Of a stretch of 64,000 nt of DNA, positions 27,306-40,533 are shown in pieces. A program made the position numbers and the translations under genes. Origin of the DNA: Nymphaea colorata (lineage: Eukaryota). Each line of letters starts with the position of its first letter. Within the stretch, counting starts at the first letter, position 1. The stretch is from contig NC_045138.2 of the NCBI RefSeq assembly GCF_008831285.2, forward strand, positions 39,742,001-39,806,000, written 5' to 3'. A model generated the notes under the pieces. The model was not told the DNA's origin. It saw nothing but the letters and a program-made list of their open reading frames with translations, and ran no database searches.

Positions 27306-27665
27306 CAGGGGTGAATATGAGCCGAGCCCGAGTTAAGTCAGCTCGAACTCGACTCGGCAGTTATGTGTTGAGCTCGAGCTCGACTCGATTAAAGTTCGTC
27401 AATCTCGTTTCAATAGAATTGATATTCATCGTTACGTGTTGAGTTCGAGCTCGACAAACTCGTTTAAATATATCGACTTGATTAAGGCTCGACAAACTCG
27501 ACGAAGGATCGAGCTCAACTCGGCAGTTACGTGTTGAACTCAAACTCAACTCGATTATTTGAATGAGTCGACTCATGAACTTGAGCTCGACTCGTTAAAC
27601 AAATGACTCAGCTCGAACTCGTTCACGAGTCGAGCTCGAGTAGCTCGGCTCATTGTTCACCCCTA
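27306..27665. mobile_element. hAT-like MITE built from GAGCTCGA/ACTCG repeats in the PPR promoter
   Basis: Termini CAGGGGTGAA ... TTCACCCCTA. Dense internal CTCGAGCTCGACTCG repeats. Candidate TSD GTCTCGAA/CCCTCAAA matches at only 5 of 8. Confidence 0.75.
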
Positions 27666-28891
27666 CCCTCAAACAAGTTTCTAGTGAGTGAGAGGGTTAT
27701 TTGGGCGAGAGGGTTGAAACTTCATATTATTGTGATTCCTATTTATAACAAAATTTATGAAAAATTAAGTTATTTTAGTTGGTAATGTAAAATGCTAGTA
27801 GTTATTTTAATAGCATTATGAGGTTGTAAAAAGCAAGTCGTTGGTCATCATTGAGGACCGTGTGATACTATAAATTGAGATGAATCTTATCAAAATGCGA
27901 TTGATCAAGCGAAGTTGCTATTAGACTTTGCTATTTAATCTTTTTATTATGATTGTTTAAATTCATGACTTTCAAATGACTATTACCATGATGCGATTGT
28001 CTTTTGAATCTGATTAATTTGTCGATACGAGAGAACCGTTTGCTTCTATAATCTAAAGATTTATAGTCAATGACGCAAACAACATATGTTAAAGAAGGGA
28101 TATCTGATTACCGTAGACTGGTCAATTGTTGCGAACGTTGTTGGCTTTATAATTTTATTACTATTGAAATTATTTTCACAATTATGATTTTTTTCTCGCA
28201 AAGAAAATACTGGATGTCTGAGTGAGCTTATAATATCCGATTGTTGTTAGTTTTTATCACTTGTTTTTTGTGCAATATTTTGTTAAAACAAATAAGGTTT
28301 AGATTTTGGGTCTGCCGGTACTATAGTCCCGCAGCATCGTCGTATATGGAAAGCAGCATCAATGGAAGCTCTTTTATGGTATTATGAGCAATGGTTGAAC
28401 TACGGATGAAATTTCTCGAACCTTTTATTGATTTCTTATGCAGAAGGAAGCGGCTGTCGTCTGGGTCCATTCTGTCCGACCCGTTAAACGACTAAGGTCG
28501 GGACGGAACAGAAGTGTTCCGTTTTGGAGATGCAAAGCTTACAAGACACTATGTTCGTGCGTTCCTAATTGGCCCTTGTGTTTAACTCGGGATGGAACGC
28601 TAAGGGGCGATGGTGCTCTCACTCTCCCTCTCGCGTCTCTACTCGTTCCCTCCTTTCCTCTTCTTCCGTCACTTCTCATTTCCCGCTGCCGATCGCTGGG
28701 TGCTCCCTCCGCCTGCTGGGCCACCGCGTCCGAACGCCATTGCCAGTGCTCCGTCGCTACTCTCCCCTCCGAATCCCACTGGCAGAAACCGTCTGTCTCC
28801 GGCCGTCGGGAGCGACTAATGAGAAGCCACTGTCGCCGCGTGTGAGGAGCCACTATCGCCGCCCATTTCTCTATCGTGGGCTACCCATCTG

Positions 28892-31800
28892 GTAAGCTCA
28901 TCTCTCTCTGCTTTTTTGTCTTTGATCCTCTGTAGCTTTCTCCACTCTCGGCGAGCCCATGAATCTCTTCATTTCTCCTAAGTCTTGTTCATCATTGTCG
29001 TGCCGCTTTGATTTCGAATGATTATGTGCATTTCTTCGATCTGGTTTCTGCTTCGGCATTTTGGTGTTTGACCGAGGGCTTTTCTAATCGGTTTCCGATA
29101 TCTGTTTTCTGTTCGTGTTCCTTTCCTTTGGTTTTTGAGCTTTGATTTTTGTTTCGGTTACGTTGAGCCTGTGAAAGTTGCTTTTGCAATCCGATGATAG
29201 TTTTAGCTTTTTAGTCTTGAGAACGGCCATCCATTTCTTCTGGTTTGGCGCGACATGGTTGTTCTTCCAACCTGCTGAATTTCTGCCATATCTGAACATG
29301 GTGTTGAATCTGCAAGAGTGTTCATTGTGATCGGATGATTGATTTTAGTTTTTTAGTTTTGCGAATGAATGGTGTATGGTACACTTGTTTAATCTAGCTT
29401 GTTCTCGACTACAATGTGATCATAGCTTCCTATCGTGGCAATTTATGATGGTCTAATATATTTTCTTGCAAATACAATCTATGCATCTATTGTTCATCCC
29501 TCGAAGCGCAAACCTCTATTATTAAGAGCCCTCGCTGCGAGACGCGCAGGCTCTGTTAGTTCTTCATTTCAACAAGGAAATTGTCCATATTACTTATTTT
29601 CCTCGTCCTACAAGGCCACAACCCTACTTTTCTCTTTTCCTGGTTCTGCAGCACGCGTTTTGCTCTCTCTCTCTCTCTCTCTCGGTTAAACAACCATTCT
29701 CAACGCTGCTGGAAGAGGGTTTGTCAACAACACCCGAAGGTTACTCTCTCTCTCTCTATCGATGGAGGGCGGCCGACCTGCGTCGAGTAGCGCCATGGAG
29801 AAGTTGGCACTGCTGTTGAGCTTCTCCATGGCGTTCCGCTCTCTCTTTTCTCATCATGGCTCACACCCCTCTCTCTCTCTCACACGCACACACAAGAATG
29901 GAGGTTCGCCAGCCAGCAATGCCAGGCCGGCTTCTAGCAACAGCAGCACCTAAACCAGCGTCGATTGTTTGCATCATGAAGAATGCTCGGATATTTTAGG
30001 TTCTTGTTTTTTCCCTTTTTTGTTCGTGTTCTCAGTTGGACGGGAATTAAGGAAACGAATAACTTACGGCGATGGAGGGCAAGGAAACTGCAGGAAGAGT
30101 TTGTTTTCTACATGGAAATGAAAGTCATGTTTATAATGGTCGAGTGGGTGTGTCCGTATTTGTCATCATTCTTCTTCATGTTTGATTTTTTTTGTGTGCA
30201 CCGAAGATCATCTCCTCTTATGTGTCTTTCTTTCTTGTCTTTTCTTTTTCCATTTTTCTGTTCAATGATGATCGTGATTAATGTATGATTATTTATAAAA
30301 GCAAATGGATGAGACAATAATCAGGAGAAATCATTAACTGTTAATCTGATTGATATTTGCAACAAATCAAGTTTAATCATTACAAAGGCCAAGGTGCAGC
30401 CTCAAAGTTTATTATTAGAGTAGTCATCAACCTATTCCAGAGGTAGCCCAGTAAACAAGAAATTCTCTTCTTGTACAATCACATAAAAACATTGTTAAGA
30501 TTATGAGAGAACGCAAGTACCAAAAAAAATGTAGAAGCTAAAAGACGAAACAGAAAGGCATCTTCTTATATATGCGGGATCAAGTCCCAGAAATAACTGA
30601 CAGAATTGCTCAGAGCCTGCATTCTTTGAAAGTCTGTTCTCAGCTCTGCATATGGATCCACATATGAAAATTTACCTTCCAGGCTACTTTCCGTGGAAGC
30701 CAAACTTGTTCAGTTTTATGAGTCTAGGAATCAAACTGTACTTGCATAGACTTTTAGACACCGTCCATGTACTCATGACTGATTCTCTTACAAGTTACAT
30801 TCTGATTGATCTTCCTGAAATTCGCCAAGGAAGACCCTTTAACTGAGCAGTTGATATTTGTCATGGCTAGCCTTATCTATAACAAAACAAAACCCTGAGG
30901 TGACTATGAAGAAAATCACCTATTTTCAAGATTGTGTCTAAAGAAAGTTAGCTGAACTGCTTGCCTGTTTCATCTTTATTGGTGAAGGTCATATTAATAC
31001 TGATCCAGGGTACACTTTTCTCATTAGGTTTGTAAATAAAAGCCTAAAACACTTGATTTCAAGCTTACGCTTCATACCGCCATGCCCTGAGCTTATGCCT
31101 TACCTCATGATAGGCTCAATGCCTCACTTTGCCTAATGCTTTTAACAACATTGCTTCTACCTTCTATTGTGCTCCTGTTGAAAGAAATTGTTCCAAACAT
31201 GCTTTTGGCTAAAACGCTTGAGCATTCTGTGCTTTGGAACACTAGGATGGGATATTCTATTGCTAGCATTCCTAGGACAAAGATTCAACTTTATCTAGGA
31301 CAGAAGTAAGACATGATTGGAGCTAAGTTTTGGGTCAATCAATTGTGGATATCCAAAACTACAAATGAAATTCAGTGATTTTGACTGAGTTTAGGTTAGT
31401 TCTTGCAAAAGACCTTGGAAGAATAATGCTTAAAATAAGGTGCTTTGGAATATGAGAAAAAAGGGAGGAAAGACAGCAAACGTGAATGATAAGGTATTAT
31501 CCAAAGCAAGTGACGAGAGATATGTGTTGTCTTAATGAAAGAGAACAAACTAGGCTGTTGGATCTGAAGTGTTCAAATTTGGAGGTTCTTGAGAAGTAAA
31601 GGAAGCAATGAAGGTAGAAGCAAAGCAAGGATCAAAACTTGCAAAGCCAATACTTGGTTAGCTTGCAAACCAAATATATCTTGAAGAATTGAGGCATCAA
31701 AACAGACCCAGGTTGGGACCATTCCAGAAGTTTCTCCTAATTGGGCCACAACAAAATTCTTTAGAAATATTTAAGGTATTGTAATTTTGTAAGTACTAAG

Positions 31801-34426
31801 TCTACAATCTACCTTAAAATATGTTGCTAAAGGCGGAAGTTGGACACAAGCTAATCAAACCACTAAAAGGACTACTAACTTGTTGGATCGACTAGCCACT
31901 GTTTTGACAACATAGACCTTAATTGAGGTCAATGACTTCTTAGTGGTATAGTGCCATGAACATGCAGATGAAGGAACTGCCAGCGATATTATTAAGTTGG
32001 GTTACCCAGGTTTAAGTTAAAGAAAGATAAGCATGCTCCATTTTCATGGTCTACAGTTAGAGTGATTTGCTTCTGGACCTTATGGTAGCATTGATTGGCT
32101 GAAAAATACATATTTATACTGAAAGCTATTAACAATAGTTCACTTAGAGATTAGGTTTTTCTAAGACTTCAAAATACGTTTGGTTCCTTAGAGCGAGGCA
32201 TCTTCATGGTTTGTCTATGCTATAAATCTAGAGAAAATCCAACTTAGAGGAAGTAGAAAGCTACTTCACTAATTGTCAATCCCAAGAAACTGCTGAAAAC
32301 ATGTTGAAAAGAAACTTAAATAGCATGAAACTAAAACCCTAGCTTTATAGCAGATCTTCAAAATCAAAGGTCCAGAAGCACATACTAAGGTCCAAATCCA
32401 GAACAAAATAAATTCAAATCATGAACCAAATTGAATTGAAATAAGCATCTAAATCCAAACAAATAGAAAGAAATTTTGTCTTCATTTTTCCCTTTCACAA
32501 GATGCTTTTGTGTGATCCTTCATAGGTTGGGGATGGTTTGTCCCAAAGAAATTGACATCACAATCTTGCAGATGATTTTGTTGTTAATAACTATTTCCTT
32601 TAGTTCTTCATCAGGGCTTAATTGGCTCTAATCACAATCAACATGCTCCATTAGGCTCGTGCACTTGGCAATCGTGCTTCACTGGGAGACAATGTGTCCT
32701 ATGTGAAGACATAGAACACAACATGGTCTGCCATCACAAATTTTCTTCAAATGCATTGTATATATAGGACTCATCGTTTATCACTCTAAGAGTTTAGTTT
32801 GACATGCATGAACATGCAAGCATGCCTATGCTCGTATGGCTCATGATGGTGCTCCAGCCAAAAATTATTAACATCATTGTCCACAAACTTATGCACTTGT
32901 TTGCTTAGTGGTGCATCTTGAGGTGGACAACTATGTTGGTCATGGCAACACCCCAGCTGTCTTTGGGCCATGGCGAAGCACCCTGAGGGCCTCCATTCTG
33001 CCTTGCAGGATGGATTAGCAAAAATGTTCCCTTAACACTCTTGATTGAGGACGGTTGGTACTTAGTCCATAGTGTCTTAAACATGCAAAAAATCAATGTT
33101 GATAAATACTATATGGTAATTATTGTTAAGTTAACAAAAGCTAAGCATGCCTACTTCGCTTGAAAGGCGTTTGGCACAGTGGGATTGGGCCTCCATTATA
33201 AGACAGAAGGTTGTGGTTTGAGCTATATGGGCATCAGTTCTGCACAAGCCAAACATGCATAGGCTCCAGAGGTGGGGCATGGTTCAAGCATGTTGATAAG
33301 AAGTAGACTCTATTATGGCCCTGAATGTTCAAGTTAACTTGCCCATAGCCTCAAAAAGTTCATAAAACTAGCTTACTTGGAGGTGGTTAGATAGGACTAA
33401 GGTCTTCGTATTATCGTATATTGTTTCCATTTTGGAGAGCAAGACATCCTCATGATCCACCCAACCTAGATGCCACAAGGAGGTTCAAACAATCATGCCA
33501 ATCTACATAGTTTGCCACAAAATTGCAGTTATTTTGTGAAGCCTGGTTGGTTTTTGCATGTTATTGAGGTATTTTCAGCCTGCGTGCCGCATCGTATACC
33601 TGGTTTCCAGTCTGCATTTTTAGTCCCAATCCTTAAGATGGATTATTACATTCCAAGTGGGAAAGTGACTTGAGAAAAGACTTATGTTTAAGATTTTAAG
33701 AAAGACTGATGCCTATATACTGAACCTCTTATTGTCTTTGTCCCGATTTATGCCTGTTTGCGTGTGAATTGAAGTATGCTGGGGGATGATTGGGATGAAT
33801 CAGTCCACACATTTGGGTCAACTTTGGGCCAGATTGTCAAATTTGATGCAATTCCAACTATTTTAGGCAGAGCTGATCTTTCAGAAAGCATAAAATCTAT
33901 TGCTTTAAGACATTTTTAGTAATCTCATGACTGACTTCTGCTGAAAAGTGTTATGCAATCTGTAATATGGTCGACAAGATGTTAGGTTGTTGTGTTCATT
34001 GTGGACTGTGGTGTATAATGTTTATAATGCATTTTGAAATTTCCATGTGCATGATCAATTCATTTTTCCAAGTTGGTATGAAAACTTAAAATTGTTAAAC
34101 AAATGAAAACTTACTTAAAAAGGTATAATGTTCTTAACTTAATTATTTTAGTTGATAGGTAGGTGCATTTTGAGCTAGGCCAAGTAAGATATCACCGATG
34201 ATCCAAGTCATAACATTTTCTAGAACATTTATCACTAAGTCTTTTGGTTATTCTGTTTTCATGATGATGGAGAAGGGCACAAGAAAATTAAAGGAATTTA
34301 ATTTCTTGGGAGAATGTATTGTGGACATCAAAAGCAAACTAACTCCTCTTTTATGGGCGTCAAACCATGCTAGTTACTTTTATCTATCATTTCACTGGTT
34401 CATCAGATTGTGGCATTTCCTGCTAG
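28892..34426 (+). other. Probable 5.5-kb 5'-UTR intron of the uL11m gene
   Basis: A GC/CT-rich leader-like stretch (about 28620-28891) ends in G|GTAAGC. An acceptor TTTCCTGCTAG|G lies 29 nt before the uL11m ATG. No other gene was found in between. Confidence 0.55.
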
Positions 34427-34455
34427 GTCTTTTGGTGGCCGAAGGTGAAAAAGAG

Positions 34456-34923
34456 ATGTCAACCCTCAAAGAAATATTGACAAGAAGGCCCGTTGCAGCA
34501 ACAATTCGGTTAACAGTGCCTGCAGGTGGAGCTCGGCCCGCTCCACCAGTGGGCCCAGCACTTGGTCAATATCGGCTCAATCTAATGGCCTTCTGTAAAG
34601 ACTTCAATGCTCGGACTCAAAAATACAAACCTGATACTCCAATGGCCGTGACAATTACTGCCTTCAAGGATAACACGTTCGAGTTCACGGTCAAGTCTCC
34701 ATCTGTGACATGGTACCTGAAGAAAGCTGCTGGCATAGAATCTGGTAGTAGTCGGCCTGGTCACATCAAGGCCAGTACCCTCACTCTGAAGCACATCTAT
34801 GAGATTGCCAAAATTAAGCAGTCTGACCCTTATTGCCAATATATGCCCCTAGAGTCAATCTGTAAATCCATTATTGGGACTGCAAGGACAATGGGGATTG
34901 AGGTTCAGAAGGAACTGGACTAA
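34456..34923 (+). CDS. MRPL11: Mitochondrial large ribosomal subunit protein uL11m (L11), 155 aa
   Basis: MSTLKEILTRRPVAATIRLTVPAGGARPAPPVGPALGQYRLNLMAFCKDFNART...SIIGTARTMGIEV contains the L11 signature PAPPVGPALG, of plant mitochondrial type. Start taken at ATG 34456, downstream of a splice acceptor. Confidence 0.95.
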   Translation: MSTLKEILTRRPVAATIRLTVPAGGARPAPPVGPALGQYRLNLMAFCKDFNARTQKYKPDTPMAVTITAFKDNTFEFTVKSPSVTWYLKKAAGIESGSSRPGHIKASTLTLKHIYEIAKIKQSDPYCQYMPLESICKSIIGTARTMGIEVQKELD

Positions 34924-36520
34924 CTTTTTTCTGAGCTACTGTTACCTGGAAAACCCATTTTAAGTAAAAAATCTGGTAACTTTGCAGAAATGCCTCACAA
35001 ATGCCTGTTAGTGAAAGACACTGTTATTGTTCCATATTTGATTAGTTCCTTTATGGTCGTGTCCCTTTTTTGTCTCCTCTCTGTAGATTTGCTTTTGATT
35101 GAATGACATGGTGCTTGGACATGTCGTGTTAACACATGTATGCTACCGTCCTCTTTCTTAAGCACCAAAGTTGAAAAATGTCATTCTTTGCTATGTTGTG
35201 TCTGTATTCTTTTTTTATCACAAGTGTTTTCTGGCATGTTGGAATACCCAAGTTTCTCTTGCTGATGCATGTTTAGAAAGAGAGGAAGAAGTGGATCAGA
35301 AGAAGGGAGGGAGCGGGCCGGGGGATGGTTTGATCTCTCACCCAGGTGATGGGGTCCCTCCTGCTCACCCAGAGGTGGTGGTACTGAAGAAATCACAGCT
35401 GCATAATGCAACGCCAAGCTACAGGTGTTCCAGATGAGATGTCTTCTGACATGATTCAATGGCACATATATTTGCCTACCAAATAGAGCGGAGTGTGATT
35501 GCAATGGTTTTAAAGGGGCTACTGGATAAACCTGGTCTCATGCGAATGGAGCATATATCACGTCTTTGGAAAAAGAGGACCAACCTTATTTCATTATATT
35601 GATCTGGAATTTCTTGTTTGACTTGCATTATCTCATGATCAGTTGACACAGCGATGCTACAAAATTTATTACTTTCATCAGTTGATATCATGACCAGCTT
35701 TTGTAAAAGACGTAAGAATATGTGACTAGGCGGACCAGTCGATTAGCCCTACCCTCTTACCACCATGATTCTTACTTTCTATCAACTGGTATTCTAACAA
35801 CTTCGAACCTAAGAAACCCTGACAACTATTATGTTTCTCAATATTTACACCATAACAACTCTATTAATGTCCTTATATCACGGCCATCAAAAGAGGTGGT
35901 TTGGATTTTCTTCATAACTTGTTTGAAAGAAAGAAAAAGACAGCACCAATTTGAAGTTTTCTGAGTTGCAAACCCCACAGGTCACAAGATGCTTGAAAGC
36001 ATTTTTGGTTTTAAAGTAGTTATGGTAATTTTTGAAATTGATGCTACTTCCTAAAAACATGCATGAGCATTTAAACCACTTCAAAGCATTGCACGATAAA
36101 TGATTATTCAAGATGGTGTTGAATTATGGTCTTCTAATGGAATTGCACTAACAATCTGTTTACGGTATATGAGCGAATATTTCCCTTTTGCGCGGCTAAT
36201 GTCTAGCTCGTTGCCCAGTTCTAAATGGCGAATACAATGAGTTAAGCAACCACGTGATACAGTGGGAACTTCAGCCTCACGGCCAAGCACACAACGCCAT
36301 CAACCTAGTGACATCCACAGGAGTCGTTGCAGATTTCGTTTCCAGACATATATCGCCTATGACACAAGCAATACCGAGATCGTCAACTGCATTTTATCAA
36401 GCAAGATACAGATCTACAATACCCTTGTTCATTTCACTGAGAGGATCCCGCAAATAGAGCTGGATAACGGAGGATCAGAAAGGAAAAAGATAAGAACATA
36501 GAAAGAAAGGGGACCCATCT

Positions 36521-37013
36521 TCAGGCATAACCCTTGCCAAGACAGTTGAGACATCTTTGCACCCTGAAGCCAGAAAAATTGCAACATAACTAAATCACAT
36601 TCTTCTGGAGAAAAAACTATCGTTATGGTGAAAAAAATATTTGCAGAATTTGACTTACTTGTTGCCTTCACACGTTGGACAAAGGCATGGATTCATGACC
36701 ACTGGATCAAACAGAGGCGACCATTCAATGGTTGATTTTCCTTCGCAGAGTTTACATGGGTAGAAGCCGCTTCCCTTGCAGGCCTCACATTTTGTAGCAA
36801 TCTTTCTCTGCGCCAGCATAAAAAATGAAGAAACAGAGTTGGGGTTTCAAGAGAGAGAAGACATCGGGCAATGGATCTTACCTTCTTGGCGTCAGAAACA
36901 GACTGAAGTGCACGAATGGCAAGAGACGACGAGAGGGAGAGGGTGAATGCCCCACCGACAAACACGGCAGCCGTCGTTGCCAGGATTCGCAGTGGCCGAG
37001 GGATACCACCCAT
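36521..37013 (-). CDS. Small DnaJ/Hsp40 cysteine-rich (zinc-finger) domain protein, 3 exons, 107 aa
   Basis: Exons 37013-36882, 36807-36659, 36563-36521. Hydrophobic N-terminus followed by CEACKGSG, CKLCEGKS, CPTCEGNK and CLNCLGKG (CxxCxGxG-type repeats) with a WSPLFDP insert. No J-domain. From memory it resembles the Arabidopsis At1g22630 type. Confidence 0.88.
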
Positions 37014-39054
37014 TTTTTCCTTCTCCTCACTACCAATGCCCCCTTACTGTCACAGTTGAGAGAGAAGGAGAGACAGAGTTCGTGAGAATGTCTAAAGGCG
37101 GGATTCCGAGAGAACAAAGACAAAAATGCTTCAATTGACACCTACTGCTTCAACATTACCAACATGACACGAGAATGCTAAGTTTACACTCGAATTCTCT
37201 CGCGCGCGGTCTCTCTCTCACAAATGGAAAGATTCATTTAGTTGGTCACTTTTTGTCAATCATTTCGTCAAACAAGTTACGGGCACCACTGCCACGGTGC
37301 TACCCATCGAACAATTGCAGTCTGAACGGTCTACCCAAACGAACAATAACCTTCCCGAACAACACTCGTTCGATCGAAGGCCATGGTTGGTTTCACAGAT
37401 GAAATACAGAGAGATAGAGAGGGAGAACCTGGTCACGAACCGAACAAGTTATCAGCATGGATGCTTGTCATGAAAACAAGCTCAGGTGCCTCACGAGACT
37501 CGTCGTCAAAAATTGCATTTCGGATCTTATTCCAATTCTCAGTTTCTTTCTGGAACCCTCTCCTAGCGAGTTCCACAAATTTGTCTAGACCCGTGACATT
37601 AGCATTTGAATTTTTCCTAAGGGGGGTCAAATTATATTTTTCAAAATTTTTAAAGGGTTTAAAATATATTTTACAAAATTTTATAGGGGTAAAACCAATT
37701 TTCGTATTGCCAAATGCACACATAAAAAATACCATTAAGCAGTTTAATCTTTAACATATAATGTTTTAATGAGTTTGGATCAAGCTTTAGACACAGCAGG
37801 TTGTTTTTTATACGTAGTTAAAATGCTATACCCAACCTACTAAAAATTTAGGTAATTTGTGTATAAACTAGAAGAATGACAAATGAAAAAGCTACGGTTC
37901 TGTCATTTCATAAACGAATGTTCCTTTTTAGCTTGAGTTTAGCTGTATGAAACAGTTTATATCATGTTTGAATCCAATCCGATTTCGGTTATCATTGCTT
38001 CTTATAAAAAGAATTATCTTAAGACCTTTGCCACCTCTACTGGCCTCCCTAATAATACAAAACTTTCTGATCTTTTTTTTATTAGAAAAACATTACTTGA
38101 GAAGACCATCGAGGCTGAAACAGGTTGAGGAATCACCTCTATTCCATGAGGGTATATTAAAAATTGATAGGAGTAAAGATGGAAATTTATGATGCGAACA
38201 TTGTTGAAAAAAAAAAAAGTAGCGAGCCTTCTTTCGGGTGAGCGGAAGGTTATTCCTACCACCCGAAGGCCGAAGCCTCCTCCATTCTCCTCATCCTCTC
38301 AAGGTTCAGGACTGCTTTCTGGTGTTTCAAAGTGTCATCTCCGCTATGTTTCAACTTGCATATTAATAATTTCATATTTGCAGCACAAAATATTGACATT
38401 ACGGGAGTTCAACCTACCAGCCCTCGCCCCAACTATTGAACCAACCCCCTTAAGGATAAGAACAAGCTGTGTTCCCAATATAACGGCGCTCTTATTTGTA
38501 ATTTTTGTGGAAATACACAGGTATCAATAACAAAACACAAATGGTGGTTTCGTTTTAGAGTTACAGCAAAAAAGCAAGCTCAAAACTGAAAATCTCTCAT
38601 TTCGAATAATTTTCTACTTCATTATTAGTTAAGTTATTTAACATTTTTTCTATGCTTTATGTTCGTGTCTATCTTTGTTTAGATCTTGTCTGGTTTCGGT
38701 CGTTAAGACTTTTTCTAGCTCTGTCACTTGCTTGTGGAATAATCCAAAGAAAACATTGAAAAAGAGCAAATCTTGCAAACTAAATAGGCAAACAAAAAAG
38801 TGACAGATAAGATCCTTAAAACTCGAATGAAATCCCTTTACTTTTTTAAGGCTTATCAAATGTATACTTGCTGATATGTTCATGTTCCTCCATCCTCTCT
38901 TACTATAGTAAATGCCAATAATGTAAGCTTAGATTCTCCAAGTTTTAGAGAAATCAAATATGAATGGGCGCCAATAATGACAAACCAATTAACAATGGTT
39001 TATGATTCATAATTTTTTTAGCCATATGACAACATTACACATATAGCAGATTAT

Positions 39055-39056
<2 letters not shown>

Positions 39057-39149
<93 letters not shown>
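39057..39149. repeat. Long (TA)n microsatellite, about 46 units
   Basis: Uninterrupted TA run. Shorter TA/GA tracts occur at about 3585-3643, 5103-5134, 39488-39509 and 63247-63281. Confidence 0.95.
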
Positions 39150-39152
<3 letters not shown>

Positions 39153-39876
39153 CCATACGACTTAGGTAAGGGACAACAACCAAACCCATTAAAATTAATT
39201 ATTAAAATATTTTTTACAATCTAACCTTATAAACATGTTCTTAAAAGTAATTTGGTGAAAAATGTATATTAAGTTAGTCATGTTTTGACTTTCATAATGA
39301 TTTTTTAATAATTGAAAATGAACGGTTCCTAAGATCCAAATTTTGATATTAGAAATTCAACTTTTGTATAAAAATAACTTAAGCTGAACTAAGACATTAA
39401 ATTACTATTTATAAACATATTAGGAGGTTCACGTTTTGCTTCAAATACTTTTTAACACAAATTTAAATGGTCGGGTATTCATTAACATATATATATATAT
39501 ATATATATACACATACAAAGAAAGTATATCAAACCATTGCATAATTTGATAAAAATCAAACCTACTAAAATTAATTACTAATTTTTTTACGATCTAACCA
39601 TATAAATATGCTAGTAAGAGTGATTTAATCAGAAATATATATTAAATTAGTCATTTTATTATTTTAATAAATTTTTAATAATAAAAAAATAGTATTAATT
39701 TTTATGCCCGCCCCTTTGGCCTTTGCATGTCAAAAGCTTAACCTTTACCTTTATACTTTCCCTCCCATTGCAATTCCATGAAGCGTCTGCCTCACACTCC
39801 TTTCTAACTGGTTTTTCTTTAGCACTGGGCGTCCTGAAACTAGGCCTTCTTGCAACAAACAACAGCAGCTGCCACC

Positions 39877-40533
39877 ATGGAGCAGGAGAAGCCGCCGCCT
39901 TCGGCGACCGTCCGACAACAAGCCGGCCAATGCCTCTACAAGGAGGAAGGCCTGCTGCGGCCTCCGCGGAGGACGAACGCTGTCGTCTGGTGCTTCGCCA
40001 TCTTCTGCTCAATCTGCAGCCTCCTGCTCATACTCGCCAGCGTCATCACCCTTATCGTCTTCCTCGCCGTGAAGCCCGAACACCCTTCTTTCGATATCGC
40101 AAACGCGAGCCTCAACAGCATCTACATCGACTCGCTGAGCTTGCTCAATGGAGAACTCTTCATCCTTGCCAATTTCACGAACCCAACTCAGAGAATCGAT
40201 GTTGGGTTCGAGTATTTGAACATCGAGCTCCTCTTCCATGGCACGCTGATCGCTGCCCGGGCGATCAAACCTTTTGAGCAGAGGAGCGGGGGGTCGAGGC
40301 TGCAGACGATACAGATGGTGTCGAGCGAGGTCCCTCTGCCGCCGATGGTCTTGTTGGAACTCCAGCGGCAGGTGAGGAACAACAGAATTCAGTATGAGAT
40401 CAGGGGGAACTTCAAAACTAGAGCAGGGTTGGGGCTGAGCCAAATCACGTACTGGGTCAATAGACAGTGCTTGGTTGAGCTCACAAGCCCACCTAATGGA
40501 GTCTTGGTCGGCCGTAGCTGCAGAACGAATTAA
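39877..40533 (+). CDS. NDR1/HIN1-like protein (LEA_2 domain), intronless, 218 aa
   Basis: ATG in a strong context (GCCACCATGG). RRTNAVVWCFAIFC is followed by one transmembrane helix, then KPEHPSF, NFTNPT..IDVGFEY, PFEQ, and a C-terminal CLVELTSPPNGVLVGRSC typical of NHL proteins. Confidence 0.9.
   Translation: MEQEKPPPSATVRQQAGQCLYKEEGLLRPPRRTNAVVWCFAIFCSICSLLLILASVITLIVFLAVKPEHPSFDIANASLNSIYIDSLSLLNGELFILANFTNPTQRIDVGFEYLNIELLFHGTLIAARAIKPFEQRSGGSRLQTIQMVSSEVPLPPMVLLELQRQVRNNRIQYEIRGNFKTRAGLGLSQITYWVNRQCLVELTSPPNGVLVGRSCRTN

Noticed and set aside
27306..27665. CRISPR-like array of short palindromic repeats
   Set aside because: Repeats are irregular, have no unique constant-length spacers and are bounded by TIRs in a plant genome, so this is a MITE.
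30300..33700. Possible retroelement or transposase relics within the uL11m leader intron
   Set aside because: The composition looks TE-derived, but I could not read any diagnostic motif or termini.
34198..34455. 86-aa N-terminal extension of uL11m in the ORF track
   Set aside because: AT-rich, intron-like sequence ending in a good acceptor at 34426; homology starts at MSTLKEIL.
35270..35430. Purine-rich exon-like stretch after the uL11m stop
   Set aside because: No recognisable protein similarity and no supported splice partner; most likely UTR or intergenic.
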